Below are positions 56,436 through 64,000 of a stretch of 64,000 nt of DNA, piece by piece. Below the pieces are notes generated by a model that saw only the letters and a program-made list of their open reading frames with translations, was not told the origin of the DNA and did not search any database. This DNA is from an uncultured Gammaproteobacteria bacterium. Lineage in GTDB: Bacteria > Pseudomonadota > Gammaproteobacteria > Steroidobacterales > Steroidobacteraceae. Positions within the stretch are counted from its first letter, which is position 1, and every line of letters starts with the position of its first letter. The stretch is from contig CAWCDZ010000001.1 of NCBI GenBank assembly GCA_963794445.1, positions 177,190 through 241,189 on the forward strand. The letters run 5' to 3'. The translations under genes and the position numbers were made by a program.

Positions 56436-59400
56436 ATGCTCCTCCTACGTGCAACGCGTTTTGCGCGCGCGTTTTTTGGTGGATGTAAGCCGGTCCTCGC
56501 GCTTCCCCTGCTGTGCATCTTGGCAGTGGCCAGCGGATGCCACTCCTCGTCCGGATCTTTCTCGCCGCCTCCCGTGCAACTCTCGTCCATCTCGGTGGGA
56601 CCGCCGGACAGCAGTGTTGCAATGGGTCAATCGAGTCAGTTCACGGCGACGGGAGTCTATTCAGACGGCTCGAAGCAGGACCTTTCGTCGCAAGTGACGT
56701 GGAGTTCCGCGAATTCTGCCGCCGCATGGATCAGCAACAACGGGCTTGTGACTGCAGCCGCCCCCGGTTCCACCATGATCACCGCCAAGATGGGACGAAT
56801 GTCGGGCTCGACGAGCCTCAACGTGACCCCGGCGAGTTTGGTGGTGATCGATCTCACGCCAACCAATGCCAGTGTGGCAAATGGTCTCGCGGATCGTTTC
56901 GTCGCGACCGGCGTCTACACGGACAATTCGGTGCACGACATTACCGCGTCCGTGACGTGGGCTTCCTCTGTCAATGCCGTCGCCTCGATCAGCAATGCGC
57001 CGGGCTCCAACGGCATGGCCACCGCCGCCGCGCCGGGCTCGACCATGATCTCCGCGTCTCTGGGCGCCGTGTCCGCATCCACGATGCTCACGGTAACCTC
57101 CGCGACCCTCGTGTCGATCGAAGTCACGCCGACGAATTCGAGCGTCGCCAACGGTTTGAGCCAAGCGCTGCACGCCACCGGTATCTATACGGACAATTCG
57201 AAGCACGATCTGACCGGTTCAGTGACATGGAATTCCTCGGCCGCCGGCGTGGCCGCCATCAGCAACACGCCAGGTTCGAATGGGCTGGCCGCGGCGATGA
57301 GCCCCGGTTCGACCACGATCACGGCAACCCTGGGTGGGATCTCCGGATCGACGAGCCTCACGGTCACTGCCGCCACGCTCGTGTCCCTGGGCGTCACGCC
57401 GCCGAATCCGAGCATCGCCAAGGGCCTGAAATCTCAGTTCACCGCGATCGGAACCTACACCGATAGCTCCACGCAAAACCTCACGACGCAAGTCCAGTGG
57501 AGCAGTTCCGATCCGACCATCGCCACCGTGAGCAATGCATCAGGCTACGACGGGCTCGGTGTGGGAATCAATCCCGGCTCGGTGACGGTCACCGCCGCGT
57601 TGGCCGGCGTATCCGCGTCTACCGTCTTGACCGTCACTCCCGCTACGCTCGTCTCGATCGGCGTGACCCCGGCGAACCCCAGCATTGCCGACGGCCTCAC
57701 GAGCCAGTTCATGGCGACCGGTGTCTATACCGACAACTCGACGCAGGACCTGACGACATCGGTCGCGTGGACATCTTCCGATGCCACCGTGGCATCGATC
57801 AGCAATGCATCCTCATCCCATGGACTTGCTGCGGGCATTAGCCCGGGTTCGGTGACAATTACCGCTGCCAGCGGCGCTGTATCCGGATCGATGACTTTAA
57901 GGGTTACCCCTGCGGTACTCGTCTCGATCGCTCTGATACCGGCAACTCCCAGCATCGCCAATGGGACCCAGCAGCAGTTCGCCGCAACCGGCACGTATAC
58001 GGACGCCTCAACGCACGATGTAACCGGAACTGCTACCTGGAGTTCGTCCGACGCGACCGTTGCCACGATCAGCAATGCCTCCGGATCCAACGGACTCGCT
58101 ACATCGATCGGTCAGGGATCGGTCACGATCAGCGCAACGCTGGGCACGGTCGCCGGATCCACCGCTTTGACGGTCACGCCCGCGGCACTGGTTTCGATCG
58201 CAGTAATACCGGCTAATTCCAGCATCGCGAACGGCACCGGCCAACAGTTCGCCGCGATCGGAACGTATACGGATAATACGACCCAGCCGCTGACGGCCGC
58301 CGTGAACTGGAGTAGCTCCGACACCACGGTCGCGACCATCAGCAACGCACCCGGTTCCCAAGGCTTGGCGGGTTCGGCCGGTCAGGGTTCGGCGACGATC
58401 ACCGCAACGCTGGGGGCGGTGTCGGGTACGACCGGATTGACGGTCACGGCTGCGACGCTGGTATCGATTGCCATCACGCCATTGAGTCCCAGCGTTACCG
58501 ACGGAACGACGCAGCAGTTCACTGCGACCGGCACCTACACGGATCACTCGACTCAGAACCTGACTGCGTCGGTGACGTGGTCATCCTCCGATACGACCAT
58601 CGCTTCGGTCAGCAATGCCGCGGGCTCGAACGGGCTGGCCGCCGCTGCCGGCGTCGGGACAACCTCGATCGGCGCGGCGCTGGGGACGGTGACGGCGCCT
58701 GTTGCGACCTTGACTGCGACCGCCGCGCCTGAATACGCCTACGCCTCGAACCAATCCGACAACACTGTGTCGGAATACACCATTGGTGCCGGGGGCGTTC
58801 TGAGCTTGGTCGGCACCCAAACAACCGGCGCCGAGCCCAATGCCATTGCGGTTGTGCCGTCCGGCCGCTATCTCTACGTAGCGAACTGGACCGACAATAC
58901 GTTGTCGGAATATACGGTCGGCAGCGACGGCACCCTTACAACAATCGGCACCATCGCCACCGGAGTCAACCCTGCCTCAGTCATAGTCGACCCCACGAGC
59001 AGCTACGTGTATGTCGCAAATTTGGGCGGCAACAGCGTCTCTGAATACGCGATTGGTTCGGGCGGCGCGCTCACGAGCCTCGGCACCATAACGGCGGGAA
59101 GCGGGCCTGCGTGCATCGCCATCGATCCGACCGGCCACTACGTCTACACCGCGAACCAAAACAGCAACGACGTGTCGGAATTCGCGATCGGCGTCGGCGG
59201 CACGCTCAGTTCCATGGGGACCGTGGCGGCGGGCGCGTTGCCCCAATCGGTTGCCGTCGATTCCACGGGCCGGTATGCCTACGTGGCGAACTATAACGAT
59301 GGCACCGTATCGGAGTACTCCATCGGCGCAGGCGGTACGCTCGGCTCGGTTGGTACCGTCGTTGCGGGGAGTCTGCCCGAGTCGATTGTGATCGATCCCA

Positions 59401-59672
59401 CCGGCCACTATGTGTATGCGGCCAATCATGGCGGCAACACGGTATCCGAATATCAAATCGGCACCGGCGGTGCGCTCGTCGCCATCGGCACGATCGCGGC
59501 CGGAGCGGGCCCGTGGTACATCACTGTCGAGCCTTCGGGCCGCTATGTTTATGTCGCGAACTTCAACGACAACACCGTGTCGCAGTACAGTCTCGGCGCC
59601 GGCGGGGCGCTCACCTTCATCGGTATCGTCGCGACCGGCAGCGGACCCAACGCCGTTGACACCGGACTCTGA
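56436..59672 (+). CDS. large lipoprotein: 8 tandem Big_2 (bacterial Ig-like group 2) domains + 7-bladed YVTN/lactonase-type beta-propeller
   Basis: Intact 1078-aa ORF with lipobox LAVASGC. There are eight units of about 90 aa (LVSIxVTPxNxSIAxGxxQQFxAxGTYTDxSTxxLTxxVxWSSSDxTVATISNAxGSxGLA...GSxTITAxLGxVSGSTxLTVT). They are followed by seven units of about 45 aa (YxYVANxxDNTVSEYxIGxGGxLxxxGTxxxGxxP). Confidence 0.9.
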   Translation: MLLLRATRFARAFFGGCKPVLALPLLCILAVASGCHSSSGSFSPPPVQLSSISVGPPDSSVAMGQSSQFTATGVYSDGSKQDLSSQVTWSSANSAAAWISNNGLVTAAAPGSTMITAKMGRMSGSTSLNVTPASLVVIDLTPTNASVANGLADRFVATGVYTDNSVHDITASVTWASSVNAVASISNAPGSNGMATAAAPGSTMISASLGAVSASTMLTVTSATLVSIEVTPTNSSVANGLSQALHATGIYTDNSKHDLTGSVTWNSSAAGVAAISNTPGSNGLAAAMSPGSTTITATLGGISGSTSLTVTAATLVSLGVTPPNPSIAKGLKSQFTAIGTYTDSSTQNLTTQVQWSSSDPTIATVSNASGYDGLGVGINPGSVTVTAALAGVSASTVLTVTPATLVSIGVTPANPSIADGLTSQFMATGVYTDNSTQDLTTSVAWTSSDATVASISNASSSHGLAAGISPGSVTITAASGAVSGSMTLRVTPAVLVSIALIPATPSIANGTQQQFAATGTYTDASTHDVTGTATWSSSDATVATISNASGSNGLATSIGQGSVTISATLGTVAGSTALTVTPAALVSIAVIPANSSIANGTGQQFAAIGTYTDNTTQPLTAAVNWSSSDTTVATISNAPGSQGLAGSAGQGSATITATLGAVSGTTGLTVTAATLVSIAITPLSPSVTDGTTQQFTATGTYTDHSTQNLTASVTWSSSDTTIASVSNAAGSNGLAAAAGVGTTSIGAALGTVTAPVATLTATAAPEYAYASNQSDNTVSEYTIGAGGVLSLVGTQTTGAEPNAIAVVPSGRYLYVANWTDNTLSEYTVGSDGTLTTIGTIATGVNPASVIVDPTSSYVYVANLGGNSVSEYAIGSGGALTSLGTITAGSGPACIAIDPTGHYVYTANQNSNDVSEFAIGVGGTLSSMGTVAAGALPQSVAVDSTGRYAYVANYNDGTVSEYSIGAGGTLGSVGTVVAGSLPESIVIDPTGHYVYAANHGGNTVSEYQIGTGGALVAIGTIAAGAGPWYITVEPSGRYVYVANFNDNTVSQYSLGAGGALTFIGIVATGSGPNAVDTGL
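56565..58726 (+). repeat. eight tandem coding repeats of about 270 nt (Big_2 domains)
   Basis: The periodicity is visible in the translation. The repeats are diverged at the nucleotide level. Confidence 0.85.
58727..59669 (+). repeat. seven tandem coding repeats of about 135 nt (propeller blades)
   Basis: YAYASN / YLYVAN / YVYVAN / YVYTAN / YAYVAN / YVYAAN / YVYVAN blade starts. Confidence 0.85.
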
Positions 59673-59704
59673 AGGCCGGCCACGCACAGCTGCAGAGGCG
59701 ATAT

Positions 59705-60883
59705 TTAAGGCGGGGTGACGGCGTCGCCGGCGGCGGTCACAAATTTTACCGGCACCATGGTGTACCGATAAAAGACCGGGTTTCGCCAGTCTCCCGCGAC
59801 CGCGATGAAAGCGTGCATATCCGCGCCGGCGCGCGACTGAAATTTGGCGAGCACTCTGGGGATATACCATCCCTGTGGATCGTTTCGGATGCTCTTGATC
59901 CGCGTCCAGGGACCCCATGGCTTGGGCGACTCGTAAAATACGAATTCCGTGGCTTCAATCCTGCCTGCATGACCGTTGCCAATCGGATAGTACCAGCTGA
60001 CCAGAACATACCGGCTCAATTCCGGCAAATAGGTAACTCCCGCTTCACCGCACTGTCCCGGAGCATTGATGATGAGCGCTGCATGGTTCATCTCTCGGGT
60101 CCAGCTCGTATCCCGCATTCCGTCTCCACCTTTGTAGAAACTCCAGTCACCGGGATCCAAGGCAGCGAGTCTCGATCTCGCGACACGACCCAAAATGAAA
60201 TTATCGCCGTTGTCCCAGAACCCATTGTTCGATGTCGCGTAAACATAACGGTCGGCCTTGTCTACGGTCGCCGCCGCGTATTCCTTGCCATAGTGAATGA
60301 AGAAGGGCGTGGCGAATCTCATGCCCGGAAACATCGGCCGATCCCGGTTTTCCTGCATCGGCCTTGACCAATTGAGGCCGCGATCAGTGGATTTGATGAT
60401 GCTCGAGTTGATCCGAGTCTGCCTTCCGCCGTAGCTTGGATCGACATAGCGATCCATGCCCACCGACATATACAGCATCCCATCAAGGGCGATGCCTCCG
60501 CCGCTTTTCCAATTCCTGCCGTCGCTCGCAACCGGCGCATTGACTGCGCCATAATCATCCATGATGTTGCGCAATTCGCCGGTGAGCGCCAGCGGATTGT
60601 CTCCTGATATCCGGTTGAAACCGACATTTCTCATGAGCGTGCCGAAGCCGGCGCCATCGTTTACCGCCGAGTACAGCTCATCATCCTGTGCCCAGGTGGG
60701 ATCCCATGAATCGCCGCTGGCGTTGTAGTAAGTTGGTGCACCCAGTTGGACATCAACGATGGGGATAGAAGCCCGGGACGGCGGCTTGGGATTTCCGGCA
60801 AGTGCGGATAAGGCAAAAAGGCCGGCGAACGCCGGCGCCAAATATTTCGCCAGCGCCTGCGGACAATCATTTCGATGCCGCAT
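59705..60883 (-). CDS. secreted protein of unknown function (possibly DUF4185/sialidase-like beta-propeller fold)
   Basis: Intact ORF trimmed to MRHRNDCPQALAKYLAPAFAGLFALSALAG (signal peptide). The fold guess rests only on motifs recalled from memory (WDPTW, FWDNGDNFILGR) and has low certainty. Confidence 0.6.
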   Translation of the reverse strand: MRHRNDCPQALAKYLAPAFAGLFALSALAGNPKPPSRASIPIVDVQLGAPTYYNASGDSWDPTWAQDDELYSAVNDGAGFGTLMRNVGFNRISGDNPLALTGELRNIMDDYGAVNAPVASDGRNWKSGGGIALDGMLYMSVGMDRYVDPSYGGRQTRINSSIIKSTDRGLNWSRPMQENRDRPMFPGMRFATPFFIHYGKEYAAATVDKADRYVYATSNNGFWDNGDNFILGRVARSRLAALDPGDWSFYKGGDGMRDTSWTREMNHAALIINAPGQCGEAGVTYLPELSRYVLVSWYYPIGNGHAGRIEATEFVFYESPKPWGPWTRIKSIRNDPQGWYIPRVLAKFQSRAGADMHAFIAVAGDWRNPVFYRYTMVPVKFVTAAGDAVTPP

Positions 60884-60935
60884 GCTGTCACCCCCCGAAA
60901 TCGTTGCGCCTCGCAATTCGTGAAACCTGCAGCGC

Positions 60936-62081
60936 TTAACCGGCCGCAGGTTCGAGCCGCAGCACCTGACCGTCGGTTTCGTCCGTGCAGACATAGAGGA
61001 AGCCGTCGGCGGGGGCGCGCACATCGCGAATACGCCGGTGTAGGTCGTTCAGCAATTGTTCTTGGTCGACGACCTCGCCGCGCTCATCCAGGTGCACACG
61101 GCGCAAATGTTTGAAGGCCAACGCGCCGACGAATAGATCGCCGCGCCAGGCGGGAAACTTATCGCCGTAATACATCGCAAGCCCGGACGGTGCAATCGAC
61201 GGCGTCCAATAGATCACCGGCTGCTCGAGGCCCGCGCGCTGGGTATAAGGGGAAACATACGCACCCGAATAGTCCATGCCATACGTGATGACCGGCCATC
61301 CGTAGTTTCTGCTCGCGACGATGAGGTTGAGTTCATCGCCGCCGCGCGGGCCGTGCTCCGTTTCGTAGAGCCGGCCGCTGTGTGAATCGAAGAACAAACC
61401 CTGCTCGTTGCGATGTCCCCAGGTATAGATTTCCGGCCGAACGGAAGCGTGGCCGATGAACGGATTGTCCTGGGGCACGCTGCCGTCTTCATTCAACCGG
61501 ACGATTTTTCCGAGATCGGAAGACAAGTCCTGCGCTTTTTCGCGATATTCGAAACCTTCGCCGATGGTCAGCGCGAACGTGCCGTCGGCGAGGAAGGCCA
61601 TGCGTCCACCGTAATGGTTGTCCGTATCTTTCAAAGGCATGGCTTTGAAGATCACATGCAAATCCTGCAGGGCGCTCCCGTCGAATCGGGCACGCGCCAC
61701 CTGTGTGCCGTTGGCTGCCTTTGTTCCTGCCGCGTAGGTGAGATAAAGGATCTGGTTCTGCGCGAAGTTCGGATGCAGCACGATATCGAACAGTCCCGCC
61801 TGGCTGCCGGTGTGCACGGCCGGAACTCCGGCAATGGGCTGAGTCTGCAACGAGCCGTTCTTGATCAGGCGCAAGCGGCCGACTCGCTCCGTCACCAACA
61901 TCGAACCGTCGGGTAAGAATGCCATCGACCACGGGTGATCCAGTCCCTTCGCGATCTCAGTGACCTTGTAACCGGTCGTGATCACCTTGGCCGGCTGCGG
62001 CGGTGGCGGTAGTCCGCGCACCGGCTGGGATGCCATGTCGGCGGTCGCAGCCGAACAAATTGCCGCGGCGATGGTGAGCAT
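60936..62081 (-). CDS. PQQ-dependent soluble sugar (aldose/sorbosone) dehydrogenase, YliI-like
   Basis: LDHPWSMAFLPDGSMLVTER.GRLRLI, GLFDIVLHPNF, YTWGHRNEQGL, EHGPRGGDELNLI and NYGWP. Trimmed to MLTIAAAICSAATA (signal peptide). Confidence 0.85.
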   Translation of the reverse strand: MLTIAAAICSAATADMASQPVRGLPPPPQPAKVITTGYKVTEIAKGLDHPWSMAFLPDGSMLVTERVGRLRLIKNGSLQTQPIAGVPAVHTGSQAGLFDIVLHPNFAQNQILYLTYAAGTKAANGTQVARARFDGSALQDLHVIFKAMPLKDTDNHYGGRMAFLADGTFALTIGEGFEYREKAQDLSSDLGKIVRLNEDGSVPQDNPFIGHASVRPEIYTWGHRNEQGLFFDSHSGRLYETEHGPRGGDELNLIVASRNYGWPVITYGMDYSGAYVSPYTQRAGLEQPVIYWTPSIAPSGLAMYYGDKFPAWRGDLFVGALAFKHLRRVHLDERGEVVDQEQLLNDLHRRIRDVRAPADGFLYVCTDETDGQVLRLEPAAG

Positions 62082-62156
62082 TGACACGCCCGCGCCAATC
62101 CCCTGAATGGGCCGATGATCCGTTATGATAGACACCCCACTTGCTTTGGATTCGCA

Positions 62157-62678
62157 ATGACACAGTCGTGGACACAACGAATGCTACGCCGGGTTATCGC
62201 GTTTGTCGTTGCCGCTTGCGTGATGGTGCTGTTGGGGTCGGCCGCCTCGGCGTATTTGGTGCAACGGGCATGGTCGGGTGCCGCTGGGCTTGCTGCCGGA
62301 ACGGTGCCGGCAGCCATTCCATTGGCGGATCGCATCAGCTGGGCCGCACATGATCTGGTCGGCATGATTGTGCCGTACAGCTCGGTGACCTCGATTGCAT
62401 TGTTTGTCGCATTCTTGCTTGCGGGCGCACTGGCTCGGTTCATCGGTTTTCGCATGACCGTGTTCGCCCTCGGCGGCGCGTTGGCGCTTTTCACGCTATT
62501 TACGATCTTGAGAAACGTGCTCGGGACCGTGGGCATTTTCGGCGCACGCGGATCGGCCGGTCTGGTGGCGCAAATGGCCGTGGGTGCCATCGCCGGCCTG
62601 GTATTCGCCCGGCTCACTGCACCTCGCAACGCCTCCATCTCCTTTGCTCATCGGGAGCCAACGGCTCCGAAGGACTGA
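62157..62678 (+). CDS. hypothetical multi-TM membrane protein
   Basis: Intact hydrophobic ORF 62115..62678. The ATG at 62157 is preferred. No family recognised. Confidence 0.5.
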   Translation: MTQSWTQRMLRRVIAFVVAACVMVLLGSAASAYLVQRAWSGAAGLAAGTVPAAIPLADRISWAAHDLVGMIVPYSSVTSIALFVAFLLAGALARFIGFRMTVFALGGALALFTLFTILRNVLGTVGIFGARGSAGLVAQMAVGAIAGLVFARLTAPRNASISFAHREPTAPKD

Positions 62679-62681
62679 AGC

Positions 62682-64000
62682 ATGAAATTTAGCGCGAGTC
62701 GGCTGGCAATCCTTCTGGGCGCGGTGACGATCATCGCAGGCTCCTCAATTCAAAGCGCGGTGGCACGCACCGAGAAGCCGGCGCTGCACGCCCAACACTG
62801 GATGGCGGTCACCGGCAAACCGCTGGCTGCGACCGCGGGTGCGATGATCTTTCAGAAGGGCGGCAACGCGGTGGATGCCGCATGCGCCATGATTGCGGCG
62901 ACCTCGACCATGTGGGACACGCTCTCCTGGGGCGGCGAAACCCAGGCGCTGATTTACAATCCGAACACCGGCAAAGTGATCGGCATCAACGCGCTCGGCG
63001 TTGCACCCACCGGTGCGACGCCGGAATTTTTTCACAAGAAGGGCATGAACTATCCGCCCGAATTCGGTCCGCTCGCCGCCGTCACCCCGGGGACCCCGGC
63101 GGCCTCATGACCATGTTGGCCGAATACGGCACCATGAGCCTCGCCGAGGTCTTGGCCCCCGCCATCCAAATGGCTGACGGCTATCCGATGGAAGCGGAGC
63201 TGTCCGATACGATCGAGCACTACAAGGACAAGATTGCGCAATGGCCTTACTCCAAGCACACGATCCTCATCCACCCCGGCGAGGCGCGCGAAGGTCCGCA
63301 AGCGGGGGAGATCTTCCATCAACCAGAGCTCGCGGCAACCTTGCGCAAACTGGTGGAAGCGGAGCACAAGGCCCTTGCTGCCGGCAAGGATCGCAAGGCC
63401 GCGATCTATGCCGCGTACGACCGCTTCTACAAAGGCGACATCGCGCAGGAGCTGGTGCGCGGTACCCGCGAGCAGGGCGGGCTATTCACCATGGAGGACC
63501 TGGCGAAGTGGAAAGTGCACATCGAGGAGCCGGTGCACACGAACTACAAGGGCATCGAGGTCTACAAGCTCACCACCTGGGTGCAAAGTCCGGTGATGCT
63601 CCAAACGTTGAACATTCTCGAGAACTTCGACTTGAAAACCATGGGCTATGACAGCGCCCGCTATATTCACACGCTGTATCAGGCCATGAACTTGGCTTAC
63701 GCGGATCGGGACTTCTACTATGGCGATCCTTACTTTTCGCCGCACTCGCCGATTCAGGGACTATTGTCCAAGGATTATGCGCGCGAGCGCGCGAAGCTGA
63801 TCCAATTCGATCACAACGATCCGGATATCCGCCCCGGAGATCCCTATCCCTACCAAGGAGGAAAAAATCCTTTCACGGCTATTTTGGAGAAATGGCACAG
63901 CAAAATGCCATCCTCGTCCGCCAAAGCGGAATGGAATCCGACTGCGCTGCTCGAATACGACCGCACCTTCCGGCTGGGTACGACGAGCGTCGAGGCCACG
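62682..64000 (+). CDS. ggt: gamma-glutamyltransferase (one frame change near 63100; 3' end outside window)
   Basis: A signal peptide, then AVTGKPLAATAGAMIFQKGGNAVDAACAM, are in ORF 62682..63110. An open frame follows to the window end (TPGGLMTMLAEYGTMSL..., ending at the autoprocessing-site-like RLGTTSVEAT). Confidence 0.85.

Noticed and set aside
56565-58726. A regular repeat array that could at first glance suggest CRISPR or a satellite.
   Set aside because: The period is about 270 nt and the units are diverged. They lie in one continuous ORF and translate to Big_2 domains. There are no short identical repeats separated by unique spacers anywhere in the window.

Overview
High-GC proteobacterial chromosome. 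The gene order (smpB-ssrA, fur, recN, hrcA-grpE-dnaK-dnaJ, dapB-carAB-greA, rlmE-ftsH-folP-glmM, tpiA-secG-tRNA-Leu-nuoA..N) looks like Xanthomonadales/Nevskiales-type Gammaproteobacteria or Betaproteobacteria; this is inference from synteny only. Positions 1-44,030 are conserved housekeeping genes. At 44,031 an initiator tRNA-fMet gene carries two tandem islands, each closed by a 15-16 bp direct repeat of the tRNA 3' end (44,096 / 49,887 / 52,376). Island 1 (about 5.8 kb) holds a large serine recombinase, an unrecognised two-gene cassette whose second protein has a HEPN-like Rx4H motif, a second Rx4H protein that is frame-broken, and a HigB/HigA-like pair. Island 2 (about 2.5 kb) holds an AbiEi/AbiEii module with a promoter-spanning inverted repeat, plus an orphan lipoprotein. 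A third accessory block (52.4-55.05 kb) has a decayed Sel1-repeat gene and a Gp49/XRE toxin-antitoxin pair, and it abuts a 5'-truncated, decayed 4xFN3-like gene. From 56.4 kb there is an intact 1078-aa lipoprotein (8 Big_2 domains plus a 7-bladed YVTN/lactonase-type propeller), a secreted protein of unknown function, a PQQ-type sugar dehydrogenase, a membrane protein and a gamma-glutamyltransferase that runs off the window. A major caveat is that many essential genes (recN, dnaK, dnaJ, carAB, ftsH, most nuo genes) are interrupted by single-base frame changes, clustered in patches between multi-kb clean stretches. I read these as consensus/assembly indels rather than biology, and I annotated such genes across their frame breaks using conserved motifs and stop/start overlaps. 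The best candidate for an undescribed system is the cassette at 45,959-47,416, together with the neighbouring TA-plus-HEPN-like module. All family assignments come from motif recognition by eye; no searches were run.
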